Shown in pieces: positions 1 to 12,337 of a DNA stretch of 64,000 nucleotides. The position numbers were made by a program, and so were the translations under genes. Below the pieces are notes generated by a model. That model saw only the letters and a program-made list of their open reading frames with translations, was not told where the DNA came from and ran no database searches. The DNA comes from Macrostomum lignano (Eukaryota), in contig NIVC01000216.1 of the NCBI GenBank assembly GCA_002269645.1, forward strand, positions 56,806 through 120,805. The letters are read 5' to 3'. How positions within the stretch are numbered: the stretch's first letter is position 1; every line of letters begins with the position of its first letter.

Positions 1-1452
1 AACGCGCGCCTGCCTGCCCGAGCCGTCGGCGTCGGCAATGGCAAACTTGCCAGAAATATCATTAACTTGTTGAGCAAAATTTTTAGCCTCAGTTTTGGCG
101 CCAAATTGAACTTCATAGGGCTCAGACTCCGCACTGCGCAGGTAGGCTACCACATTCTTCAGGTAAGGATTATTGTCCGGCGGCTCCGCAATCCACGGCT
201 GATTCCAGCGAAATTCCGGCTCACCAACGCGGCACGAATTTGCTGCCTCAAGCTGGCGCCGGCGCAGCTCCAAGAGTTTGCGGCAGGCCCGACTGTCGGC
301 CTGAAAGCCGTTGAGCAGCACCCGCTCGGCCAGGTCGCGCAGCAGATTGGAATAGGCCAGCTGGAGATGCTGGCGCTCCTCGTCGGTTGTGCCCGACCGC
401 GACACCTGCTGGCCTAGCGAGTCGATTAGGCGATGAAATCGTTGCCAAAGCTCGTCGGATTGGACGGCGTGAAGGAAATCCACGAGTTCGATCAGATTCT
501 CATTAGCGAATGAGCGCTGGCTAAGGTAGGACCATTTTTCCTGGGACATTGTCAGGCGGAACTCGCCTCGGCGATAACGGCTCTCCGCTGACTGCAGCAG
601 GCTGTCCACCAGGGTGCAAAGCAGACGCCGGCCACCGCCTGACATTTGAGTCGCATGCGGATGGCAAGTGTTAGGGCATATTTGGCTAAGGCATTTCTGG
701 TTCCGCCTCCTTACATTCCTTTTACATACCTTATGACTTCAGTCTTCATACTTAGCTCGCTCCCCATCTCTGCCTTCTGTTCTCACGTGTTTCCTTGTTT
801 CTCTCTCATGCCTCCCCACTTCCTTCCCGTGTCTCTATTCTCTATAGTATCTCTCCCTCTCTCGCTTTCCACCTCTCCCCTCTCTTGCCGTCTCTCCCCT
901 CTCCTTCCCATCTCTCCACTCTTCTGTCTCTCCCCTATCTCGCTTCACATCTCTCCCATCCTTGCCATCTCTCCCCTCTCCTTCCCATCACTCCACTCTC
1001 TCGCTTCCCACCTCTCCCCTCTTCCTTTCTCTCCCCCATCTCGCTTCTCATCTCTCCCATCACTTGCCATTGCTCCCTCTCCTTCCCATCTCTCACCTCT
1101 TTGCTTCCCACCTCTCCCCTCTCCTTCCCATCTCTCCCCTCTCTTGCCATCTTTCCCTCTCTTGCCATCTCTCCCCTCTCTTGCCATCTTTCCCCTCTGC
1201 TTCCCATATCTCCCCTCTCTTGCCATCTTTCCTTCTGCTTCCCATATCTACCTCTTTCCCCTCTCCTCCCATCTCTTCCCTCTCTCCCATCTCTTCCCTC
1301 TCCTTCCCATCTCTCCCTCTCTTCATATCATTCCCATGTCTCTCGCCTCTTCCCGTTTCAGCTTACTTGACTGCCGGGACCGGCCAGCCAGAAACGATCG
1401 CAAAGTTTTAGCAATAAAACTAGCAGAGTTAGCCACGCTCATGTTAACAAAG
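1..1452 (-). repeat. Near-identical duplicate of 3585-5050 (3' part of the 2OG-oxygenase-like gene), ending at an assembly gap
   Basis: Position 1 matches 3585 and the unique sequence continues to 1452 = ~5050. Differences are mainly indels in the CT-rich intron. Followed by an N run at 1453-1596. Confidence 0.9.
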
Positions 1453-1596
1453 NNNNNNNNNNNNNNNNNNNNNNNNNNNNNNNNNNNNNNNNNNNNNNNN
1501 NNNNNNNNNNNNNNNNNNNNNNNNNNNNNNNNNNNNNNNNNNNNNNNNNNNNNNNNNNNNNNNNNNNNNNNNNNNNNNNNNNNNNNNNNNNNNNNN
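1453..1596. other. Assembly gap (N run)
   Basis: 144 consecutive N. Confidence 1.
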
Positions 1597-1597
1597 T

Positions 1598-1850
1598 GGG
1601 TAAACGGCGAGAGTAACAATTAATGCAATCAGATAGACAAGAGCTTCGCCAGCTTATCAGACAAAAGTACTACAAATTTATGGAACAAGAGTTTCTATTC
1701 AGGGTAAACAGCGGGAGCAACTATGACTGCAATTAGATAGTCAAGTGCTTCGGCATATAAAGAGTATCAGAAAAGAATTTTTTGATGTCAGGGACAAATT
1801 TTTTCCAGGGATACTCGCTATCAAATCACTTACGGCTGGGTAAACAGCGC
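1598..1850 (+). repeat. Three tandem diverged copies of the 28S rRNA R2-target segment (two full, one partial)
   Basis: Compared with the conserved eukaryotic 28S 64-mer GGGTAAACGGCGGGAGTAACTATGACTCTCTTAAGGTAGCCAAATGCCTCGTCATCTAATTAGT: 1598-1661 matches 45/64 and 1702-1765 matches 49/64, both ungapped. 1838-1849 matches 11/12 at the 5' end only. Confidence 0.8.
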
Positions 1851-2439
1851 ATACAGTTCACTGACTACGCCTGTATCTAGAAAATGATTAATTGATCGAA
1901 AAAACCAAAAAAGATGCTCCTAAGAGATGCACAAACTACACCAACATATATTTAAAGACAGTTATAAACACGAATTAGACACGAAAAATTAGCTCGTAAA
2001 TAAACAAATGCAGCTACTCGGCAGTAGCATGAACAGATTTTTTCACTACTAATTTCGACAATTACTAGAAAAAATATGTGAACACGCATAAATGTGAAAT
2101 TAGTGCAATCGTGTTTCTTTTTTAGTTGGCAAAGGAAGCTTAATGCACAAAGGTTACAAATGCTTATTTACTGTGTTGCTGATTGTAGCAAAACAAAAAG
2201 TTAAAATGCAACTCGGAAATTATATGAAAGTAATAGTAAAAAGATATTTGTCCTTACCGAACATCCAAAAAGTAATTCATTTTCGACGTACAATGACACA
2301 AAATACAAAAAGGAAAATTCCATACTGTATATAAAAATCAGGACTAATTAGCGACAAAACAACTCGCAACAAAAACAATATATAGCTGTTTATGAATCAA
2401 CGAATAAAATTTGACAGTATTTTCCATTTCGGTTTGTCT

Positions 2440-3230
2440 TAGATCTAGCCGCCGCCACCACTATCAATACTGACTAGCTTTTGATCTAGCCGCCGCTATC
2501 ATTATCAATACTGGCTAGTCTTTGATCTAGCCACCCCTATCATTATCAATCTGGCTAGTCTTTGATCTAGCCGCCGCTATCATTATCAATACTGGCTAGT
2601 CTTTGATCTAGCCGCCGCTATCATTATCAATACTGGCTAGTCTTTGATCTAGCCACCCCTATCATTATCAATCTGGCTAGTCTTTGATCTAGCCGCCGCT
2701 ATCATTATCAATACTGGCTAGTCTTTGATCTAGCCACCCCTATCATTATCAATCTGGCTAGTCTTTGATCTAGCCGCCGCTATCATTATCAATACTGGCT
2801 AGTCTTTGATCTAGCCACCCCTATCATTATCAATCTGGCTAGTCTTTGATCTAGCCGCCGCTATCATTATCAAAACTGGCTAGTCTTTGATCTAGCCGCC
2901 GCCATCGCTATCAATACTAGCTAGTATTTGATCTAGCCGCCGCTATCACTATCAATACTGGCTAGTCTTTGATCTAGCCGCCCCTATCATTATCAATCTG
3001 GCTAGTCTTTGATCTAGCCGCTGCTGTCACTATCAATAGTGGCTAGTCCTTGATCTAGCCGCCGCTATCACTATCAATACTGGCTAGTCTTTGATCTAGC
3101 CGCTGCTGTCACTATCAAAACTGGCTAGTCTTTGATCTAGCCGCCCCTTTTATTATCACTACTGGCTAGTCTTTGATCTAGCCGCCCCTATAATTATCAA
3201 TACTGGCTAGTCTTTGATCTAGCCACTACT
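2440..3230. repeat. ~39-40 bp minisatellite (GATCTAGCCGCCGCTATCATTATCAATACTGGCTAGTCTTT)
   Basis: About 19-20 visible tandem copies. Confidence 0.95.
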
Positions 3231-3353
3231 ACTACCATAAAATCTGCCTTTAATCTCACGGCTGCTACCATTAACTCACAAAGGGACAATCCGCGATACA
3301 ATTTAAAGTACATTCAAAACTGCCAGAGTTTATAAACTCCATGCAACTCAGAG

Positions 3354-5435
3354 CTAATCAAACATGATTAAACTGCTACTATCGCTGACATTAACGTTCC
3401 CTTCTCGGTCGGTGAGGTTGGAATTGACGGACTGGTCCATTGCGTGTTGCTCCTCAGACTCCTCAGGCTGCTGGCTGCAGCTGCTCAGCCTATCCAGGCA
3501 GTCAGTCAATCGGCCGAATTCGGCTAAATCCGCATAGTATCGTCGAATCGTTTCATCATGCGCAGATCTCAGTTTGCGCACAACAACGCGCGCCTGCCTG
3601 CCCGAGCCGTCGGCGTCGGCAATGGCAAACTTGCCAGAAATATCATTAACTTGTTGAGCAAAATTTTTAGCCTCAGTTTTGGCGCCAAATTGAACTTCAT
3701 AGGGCTCAGACTCCGCACTGCGCAGGTAGGCTACCACATTCTTCAGGTAAGGATTATTGTCCGGCGGCTCCGCAATCCACGGCTGATTCCAGCGAAATTC
3801 CGGCTCACCAACGCGGCACGAATTTGCTGCCTCAAGCTGGCGCCGGCGCAGCTCCAAGAGTTTGCGGCAGGCCCGACTGTCGGCCTGAAAGCCGTTGAGC
3901 AGCACCCGCTCGGCCAGGTCGCGCAGCAGATTGGAATAGGCCAGCTGGAGATGCTGGCGCTCCTCGTCGGTTGTGCCCGACCGCGACACCTGCTGGCCTA
4001 GCGAGTCGATTAGGCGATGAAATCGTTGCCAAAGCTCGTCGGATTGGACGGCGTGAAGGAAATCCACGAGTTCGATCAGATTCTCATTAGCGAATGAGCG
4101 CTGGCTAAGGTAGGACCATTTTTCCTGGGACATTGTCAGGCGGAACTCGCCTCGGCGATAACGGCTCTCCGCTGACTGCAGCAGGCTGTCCACCAGGGTG
4201 CAAAGCAGACGCCGGCCACCGCCTGACATTTGAGTCGCATGCGGATGGCAAGTGTTAGGGCATATTTGGCTAAGGCATTTCTGGTTCCGCCTCCTTACAT
4301 TCCTTTTACATACCTTATGACTTCAGTCTTCATACTTAGCTCGCTCCCCATCTCTGCCTTCTGTTCTCACGTGTTTCCTTGTTTCTCTTCTCATGCCTCC
4401 CCACTTCCTTCCCGTGTCTCTATTCTCTATAGTATCTCTCCCTCTCTCGCTTTCCACCTCTCCCCTCTCTTGCCGTCTCTCCCCTCTCCTTCCCATCTCT
4501 CCACTCTTCCTGTCTCTCCCCTATCTCGCTTCACATCTCTCCCATCTCTTGCCATCTCTCCCCTCTCCTTCCCATCACTCCACTCTCTCGCTTCCCACCT
4601 CTCCCCTCTTCCTTTCTCTCCCCCATCTCGCTTCTCATCTCTCCCATCACTTGCCATTGCTCCCCTCTCCTTCCCATCTCTCCACTCTCTTGCTTCCCAC
4701 CTCTCCCCTCTCCTTCCCATCTCTCCCCTCTCTTGCCATCTTTCCCCTCTCTTGCCATCTCTCCCCTCTCTTGCCATCTTTCCCCTCTGCTTCCCATATC
4801 TCCCCTCTCTTGCCATCTTTCCCTTCTGCTTCCCATATCTACCCTCTTTCCCCTCTCCTCCCCATCTCTTCCCTCTCTCCCCATCTCTTCCCTCTCCTTC
4901 CCATCTCTCCCCTCTCCTTCCATATCATTCCCATGTCTCTCGCCTCTTCCCGTTCTCAGCTTACTTGACTGCCGGGACCGGCCAGCCAGAAACGATCGCA
5001 AAGTTTTAGCAATAAAACTAGCAGAGTTAGCCACGCTCATGTTAACAAAGTCCACCAGCCTGCGACAGAGGCCCTCGTGCTCGCAGGCCAGCAGACACTG
5101 CAGGCCGAATCGGACAGTGGGATTGTCCCCCCTGCCCGCATTGTTGTTGCCATCGCGGGCGGCCACTGCGCCGCTAGTGGCCGATTCAAGCGCTCGAATC
5201 AGCAGCACGGCCAGCGGCTGCGGCAGCGCGGTGGAACTGCAGGCGCTGACGGCAGCCTCCAGACTGGGGCACCATCTGAGGGTGATCGTTGGCTGAGCTG
5301 CTCAAGAGGCATTCGTGTGTGCGACATTGTAGCAATAGGAGTGACAGACAGACAGACACTAAGACAGACACTAAGACAGACAGACAGGCACTAAGACAGA
5401 CAGTAAGACAGACAGACAGACAGACAGACAGAGAA

Positions 5436-5528
<93 letters not shown>

Positions 5529-5531
5529 GAA

Positions 5532-5578
<47 letters not shown>

Positions 5579-7256
5579 CACAGACACACGGACAGGCACG
5601 CACACAAACAGACCTGGCCAGGTAGGTGAGGTGGGCAGAGGGCACGGCGCGCATCAGCCTCAGCATGCTGGTCTCCATAGCGGGCCAGCCGAACCTGGCA
5701 GCCAATCCGTACAGCCGGTCAGCCGTGGTGACGTTGCGGACGCCCAGACAGACCATCTGGCCGTGGGAGGCCGGCATCTCCCTGGCCAGGACTTCGCCAA
5801 CGAATTTATTGGCCAGACTGGCGTCGTCGAGCTGGCCGAGGACGCGGAGCAGTTCAGCGTCAGCCGGCACCTTCAATGAGCGCCGCAGTCTGGGCCAGTC
5901 GGTCTCGCTGGCGAACGCGTCAAGCAGACAGCGCATCATAACTTGCAGGCCGGGATCGCAGCGGCGACCGAAATGAAGGGTTAAGCTGACCTGCGATAAA
6001 AATGAGACCAGTGAGAACTTCAGGATACCAATGAGACCTTCAGGTCTATTCAAGGACTACAGGATACTATCCAAGGAGTACAGGATAACTATCCAAGGAG
6101 TACAGGATAACTATCCAAGGACAACAGGATACTATCCAAGGACTACAGGATACTATTTAAGGATTACAGGATACTACTCAAGGACTACAATATTCTATTC
6201 AAGGACAACAGGATACTATCCAAGGACTACAGGACACTATCCAAGGACTACAGGATACTATCCAATGACTACAGGATACTATCCAAGGACTACAGGATAA
6301 CTATCCAAGGACTACAGGATACTATTCAAGGACTACAGGACACTATTCAAGGACTACAGGATGCTATCCAAGGACTACAGGATACTATCCAAGGACTACG
6401 GGATACTATTCAAGGACTACAGGATAACTATTCAAGGACTACAGGATAACTATTCAAGGACTACAGGATACTATTCAAGGACTACAGGACACTATTCAAG
6501 GACTACAGGATACTATTCAAGGACTACAGGACACTATTCAAGGACTCCAGGACACTACTCAAGGACTACAGGACACTATTCAAGGACTCCAGGACACTAC
6601 TCAAGGACTATAGGATGCCTCTGAAACCCTTAGAACCCGCACCAAAGCGCTTAGGCCGCAGCCGCGGGCCAAATCAAAGCTCCGTTCAGCCGGCCAGGCA
6701 ACCAGGGCGAACTGTTTAGCGTCGGTTGCTATAGCAGCCGCGTCGGCAACCGGATCCGCGTCGGCGTTCATAAGCTCGTCGCGATCGAGCTGCAACTCGG
6801 ACACTCGCATTCCGCACACGTACTCGAACAGCGCCCCGTCCAGGCTGTAGAAATGCTTGAAAGACAGGAATTCCACTGGCGGCGTTGCGCCGGCAAGCGC
6901 CGCTGAGATGCCGGCCATTGGCTGGCTGAGTGACGCGGCGGCGTCGCGGGCGTTCAAATCGCCATCGGCTGCGGCCACTTCAACCAGCAGCGGAACTGTA
7001 GCCTGGGTGGCTGCCGATTCCGGCGCCTGCTGCGGCTGTTGCTGTTGCTGCTGCAGCTGGCGACGCCGCCGATAGGCGCTATCGCGCCGTTCGCGCCAGT
7101 CCGGCTGCAGCAAGGCGATGAAGCATTCCAGCTTCACGCGACTTGGCCATTCCTCTTGCAGTAGGCGCAACACGTAACGATCTTCCCCTTGTAGAGCGGC
7201 GGCGCCGTCCCTGGGGTAGTAGTAGTAGTAGTAGTAGTACTCGTAGTAGTGGTAGC

Positions 7257-7293
<37 letters not shown>

Positions 7294-10200
7294 ATAATAA
7301 TAATAGTAGTAGTAGTAGTAGTAGTGTTAGTAGTAGTAGTGTTAGTAGTGTTGGTAGTAGTAGTAGTAGTAGTGGTAGCAGTAGTAGTAGTAGTAGTAGT
7401 AATAATAATAATAGTAGTAGTAGTAGTAGTAGTGTTAGTAGTGGTAGCAGTAGTAGTAGTAGTAGTAATAATAGTAGTAGTAGTAGTAGTAGTAGTAGTG
7501 TTAGTAGAGGTAGTAGTAGTAGTAGTAGTAGTGTTAGTAGAGGTAGTAGTAGTGGTAGCAGTAGTAGTAGTAGTGGTAGCAGTAGTAGTGGTAGCAGTAG
7601 TAGCAGTAGTAGTAATAGTAGTAGTAGTAGTAGTAATGGTAGTAGTAGTAGTAGCAGCAGCAGTTGTAGTAGCAGTAGTAGTGGTAGCAGTAGCAGTAGT
7701 AGCAGTAGTAGTAGTAGTAGTAGTAGTAGTAGTTGTAGCAGTAGTAGTAGTAGTAGTAGTTGTTGTTGTTGTAGCAGCAGTAGTAGTAGTAGTAGTAGTA
7801 CCTGCTTCTTACCTGGCCATCTGCTCAACCGTATAGCGACCTCGCAGAGCCCAAGCAATCCGAACAGCCGGAAAATCCGGTTCAGCTAGGTGCTTCAACA
7901 ATTCAGCAATATCCTCTCGAGGAGACGGAGTTCCCGTTTGCTGTTGTTGCTGTTGCTGCTGCTGCTGCGTTGGCGAACTGCGGTAGCCGTCTGCGATGAC
8001 AGCAAACTGTAACAGCAGCTGACAGCCGGAGGTCATTCGCTCGAGTTTGAGCTGCAGAATAAGAAGGGAATTTAATTAACTGAACATTTTGCTACCTTTA
8101 CATTTCTGACTGTCTTAGTAGTGCTGCTGTCCAGGTGTCTAAATATGTGTCTACATGTTTGTAAGTACCTACAAGCCTCTCTGTTTTATTGTCTGCCTGG
8201 TGTCTCTCTTAATGTCTGTCTTGGTGTCTGCATTGGTGTCTGTCTTGGTGTCTGCATTGGTGTCTGTCTTGGTGTCTGCATTGGTGTCTGTCTTGGTGTC
8301 TGCATTGGTGTCTGTCTTGGTGTCTGTCTTGGTGTCTGCCTTGGTGTCTGTCTTGGTGTCTGTCTTGGTGTCTGTCTTAGAATCTGTCTTGGTGTCTGCA
8401 TTGGTGTCTGTCTTGGTGTCTGCATTGGTGTCTGTCTTGGTGTCTGCATTGGTGTCTGCATTGGTGTCTGTCTTGGTGTCTGCCTTGGTGTCTGCATTGG
8501 TGTCTGTCTTGGTGTCTGTCTTAGCATCTGTCTTGGTGTCTGCATTGGTGTCTGTCTTGGTGTCTGTCTTGGTGTCTGCATTGGTGTCTGTCTTGGTGTC
8601 TGCATTGGTGTCTGTCTTGGTGTCTGTCTTAGTGTCTGTCTTAGCATCTGTCTTGGTGTCTGCATTGGTGTCTGTCTTGGGGTCTGCATTGGTGTCTGTC
8701 TTGGTGTCTGCATTGGTGTCTGTCTTGGTGTCTGCATTGGTGTCTGTCTTGGTGTCTGTCTTAGCATCTGTCTTGGTGTCTGCATTGGTGTCTGTCTTGG
8801 TGTCTGCATTGGTGTCTGTCTTGGTGTCTGTCTTAATGTCTGCATTGGTGTCTGTCTTGGTGTCTGTCTTGGTGTCTGCATTGGTGTCTGTCTTGGTGTC
8901 TGCATTGGTGTCTGTCTTGGTGTCTGCATTGGTGTCTGTCTTGGTGTCTGTCTTGGTGTCTGTCTTGGTGTCTGCATTGGTGTCTGTCTTGGTGTCTGCA
9001 TTGGTGTCTGTCTTGGTGTCTGTCTTAATGTCTGCATTGGTGTCTGTCTTGGTGTCTGTCTTGGTGTCTGCATTGGTGTCTGTCTTGGTGTCTGTCTTAG
9101 CATCTGTCTTGGTGTCTGCATTGGTGTCTGTCTTGGTGTCTGTCTTGGTGTCTGCATTGGTGTCTGTCTTGGTGTCTGCATTGGTGTCTGTCTTGGTGTC
9201 TGTCTTGGTGTCTGTCTTAGCATCTGTCTTGGTGTCTGCATTGGTGTCTGTCTTGGGGTCTGCATTGGTGTCTGTCTTGGTGTCTGCATTGGTGTCTGTC
9301 TTGGTGTCTGCATTGGTGTCTGTCTTGGTGTCTGTCTTAGCATCTGTCTTGGTGTCTGCATTGGTGTCTGTCTTGGTGTCTGTCTTGGCGTCTGTCTTGG
9401 TATCTGCATTGGTGTCTGTCTTAATGTCTGTCCTGGTGTCTGTCTTGGTGTCTGCATTGGTGTCTGTCTTGGTGTCTGTCTTAGCATCTGTCTTGGTGTC
9501 TGCATTGGTGTCTGTCTTGGTGTCTGCATTGGTATCTGCATTGGTGTCTGCATTGGTGTCTGTCTTAATGTCTGTCCTGGTGTCTGTCTTAGCATCTGTC
9601 TTGGTGTCTGCATTGGTGTCTGCATTGGTGTCTGTCTTGGTGTCTGTCTTAATGTCTGTCCTGGTGTCTGTCTTGGTATCTGCATTGGTGTCTGTCTTAA
9701 TGTCTGTCCTGGTGTCTGTCTTAGGATCTGTCTTGGTGTCTGCATTGGTGTCTGTCTTGGTGTCTGTCTTGGTGTCTGCATTGGTGTCTGTCTTAGCATC
9801 TGTCTTGGTGTCTGCATTGGTGTCTGTCTTGGTGTCTGCCTTGGTGTCTGTCTTAATGTCTGGCCTGGTGTCTGTCTTGGTGTCTCTTAATTTGTCTTGA
9901 TATCGGTTTTAGTGACGCTTTCAATGCCTACCCTAGTGTTTTGTCTTGATGTCTGTACTAATGCAAGTCTTGGTGTTTGTCTCAATGCCTGTCTTACTGT
10001 CTTAGCGCCAGCCCGTCTGCCACAGTTCACTCACATCAGCGCCAACTCCAGTTTGATCGCAGGGCAGGCAAACGTAGCTGCAATTGAAAGTCTCAGTAGC
10101 TGCACCAACAGACGATTCAGACGAATCATCCGCCCGAGGCTGCTCGCGGCAGTCGACAGACAGATCGGCCTGAGCGGACACCGCGGCCGCATCGTCTCCC

Positions 10201-11024
10201 AGCTCCAACAGGCGGCCAGCAACGCTCAGCCGGCCGCCGGAAAACAGCGACGGCGGTCTAATCAACAAAATCGCCAACGGAGCCTGGCAAGAAAAGTTTC
10301 GCTCGTTATTGTCGCCGTTGTCACCGCTGAGACAAGCCTCGGCCAGGTCGGTAGCTCCGCGAACGTCGCCAGCCGTCAGAGCGACCGCCGCTTGAGCCGG
10401 GTCGCAGCCGGCCTCCAGCACTAGCAGGCGGAGGAACTCGCAACGCCAACGCGGCGACAGATCGGCGATAGCATCGTCGCCGCCATATCTGACGCCGTAG
10501 ATTGAGCTGGCGGCTGACGCGGCCAGAGACTGCACAGCCGGCAGGAATGCGGCATTGTTGAACTCCACACGATCCTGGCACGCCTGAGACACTCCGACGG
10601 CAGCAATGGACGACTCGACGCATTCGGCCTCTTTGTCGAGCTGCTGCGAACTCGACAAGAATCGAATAACTACAGGCTCGCAGCAGGTTGCCAACAGTTC
10701 GAAAGTGACCGGAGACGGCACCAGCGGCAGCGGAACCGACTGATCGGAGATGGACAGGCCAGGGGCCGAGGGCACTTCGCTAGCCGAGCCAGCTTTGAAT
10801 GCTTTCACCGCGCGCAATCCAACTGAGAGTCCTTGAGCAGTCAGAGTCGGACTAGTTGTCCTGCCAGTTGGCACATGCTCCGACACACGTCTGGCCGCCC
10901 TAGCGGCGAATGCTATCGATAATCGTTGACGAAATGCGGCGCGCTCCTCGGACGGACTGATTAAACGGGCTCTCTTCGCATCCGGAGGCGATGATGAGGA
11001 ATGGTTGGTAGGCGAGTCTGGCAT
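3354..11024 (-). CDS. Multi-exon 2OG-Fe(II) oxygenase-superfamily-like protein (fungal/oomycete-type family), catalytic residues apparently lost
   Basis: Exons ~11024-10035, 8051-7813, 7210-~6636, 5990-~5605, ~5306-4965 and 4222-3354. GT/AG sites with matching phases were checked for introns 1, 2 and 5; the donors of introns 3 and 4 are uncertain. Motifs [51 protein letters not shown] and the C-terminal FRWNQP...VVAYLRS...VVRK...YYADLAE resemble this family as recalled. Confidence 0.6.
4340..4950. repeat. CT-rich low-complexity intronic tract (also at 755-1355)
   Basis: Pyrimidine-rich degenerate repeats inside the last intron. Confidence 0.9.
5343..5600. repeat. (GACA)n microsatellite, intronic
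   Basis: Direct tandem repeat. Confidence 0.97.
6050..6612. repeat. 20-21 bp minisatellite (CAAGGACTACAGGATACTAT), intronic
   Basis: Direct tandem repeat. Confidence 0.95.
7217..7800. repeat. (AGT)n microsatellite, intronic
   Basis: Trinucleotide repeat filling intron 2 of the 2OG-like gene. Confidence 0.97.
8195..9890. repeat. 12-bp minisatellite TTGGTGTCTG(TC/CA), intronic
   Basis: About 140 units of two alternating variants in intron 1. Confidence 0.97.
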
Positions 11025-11599
11025 TCTCTAACTGTATTGATAATTGCTGCAAATATTACAGAAAACTGATTTAAATAACTGCAAATAGAAACTGCAGACC
11101 TACGAGCTACAAAAGTAACATTAAAAAGTGCGAGATCAAAGTCCAGATAAAATGCTTCGATTTACTGCATTGCTGCTAAATATTTATATTTTAAAAGATA
11201 CTTCTAACGTGGCCACGTAAAGAAGACATGAATGTTTATAAAGCAACATGTGTGTCCGCGTTTTTCTTACCAGCTAGGCTACTACAGTATGTATCTTCAC
11301 GCAATTGAAAATGCTTGCAAGGAAACTTCAAGTAATTAAATCGCATTAATCACCGTAAAACTGCTGCAATGATGGCAAATCTGATGACAAGTTGCTACTA
11401 CTATTAGAATTGAAGGCTATAAAAAGCATCTCATTCTTCATCCAAGCCAAGGAAGCAAACTAAGGATACCGGTAATCTCACCCTCTGTATTGGATAACCT
11501 CACTCGATTCTGTATATTTGATAATCTCAGCCTGGACATCCTCCTGTATCGGGTAATCCCATTCTATAAATAAAATAATCCAATCCAGTACACCGGACA

Positions 11600-12180
11600 A
11601 TCTCACCCTGTATACCGGAAAATCTCACCCTGTATACCTGATAATCTCACCCTGTATACCGGATAATTTCACCCTGTACAGCGGATGATCTCACCCTGTA
11701 CATCGGATAATCGCACCCTGTATATCGGATAATCTCACCCTATAAATCGATCAAATAGTCTCACCCTGTACATCGGATAATCTCACCCTGTATATCAGAT
11801 AATCTCACCCTACAAATCTAATAGTCTCACCCTGTACATCGGATAATCGCACCCTGTATATCGGATAATCTCACCCTATAAATCGATCAAATAGTCTCAC
11901 CCTGTACATCGGATAATCTCACCCTGTATATCAGATAATCTCACCCTACAAATCTAATAGTCTCACCCTGTACATCGGATAATCGCACCCTGTATATCGG
12001 ATAATCTCACCCTATAAATCGATCAAATAGTCTCACCCTGTACATCGGATAATCTCACCCTGTACATCAGAAAATCTCACTCTACAAATCGAATAGTCTC
12101 ACCCTGTACATCGGATAATCTCACCCTGTACATCGGATAATCTCACCCTATAAACCGAATAGTCTCACACTGTATATCGG
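11600..12180. repeat. ~20-22 bp minisatellite (GGATAATCTCACCCTGTACATC) with higher-order units
   Basis: Direct tandem repeat. Confidence 0.93.
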
Positions 12181-12337
12181 AAAACAAAGCTATCAAAATC
12201 CCACTGTCTATCAAAGTCAGTCGACCATAATAACCTTCACTCTACTGCTGTTTATATTAAAGGCAGATAATTTACAAGAAAGTAAAATTTGGCAGACGAG
12301 AATAGCGAACAAAGGAAATAAAACAAAGTACAAATCG

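Noticed and set aside
1598-1850. CRISPR array or true rRNA gene call for the 28S-like units
   Set aside because: The units are only 64-80% identical to 28S, short, and without the rest of the rDNA. The repeats are too divergent, there are no cas genes, and the context is eukaryotic.
646-9900. Long ORFs such as 646-1623, 7079-7858, 7143-7889, 8121-9890, 8155-9900 and 8186-9817
   Set aside because: They are translations of micro- and minisatellites lying inside introns and give low-complexity periodic peptides.
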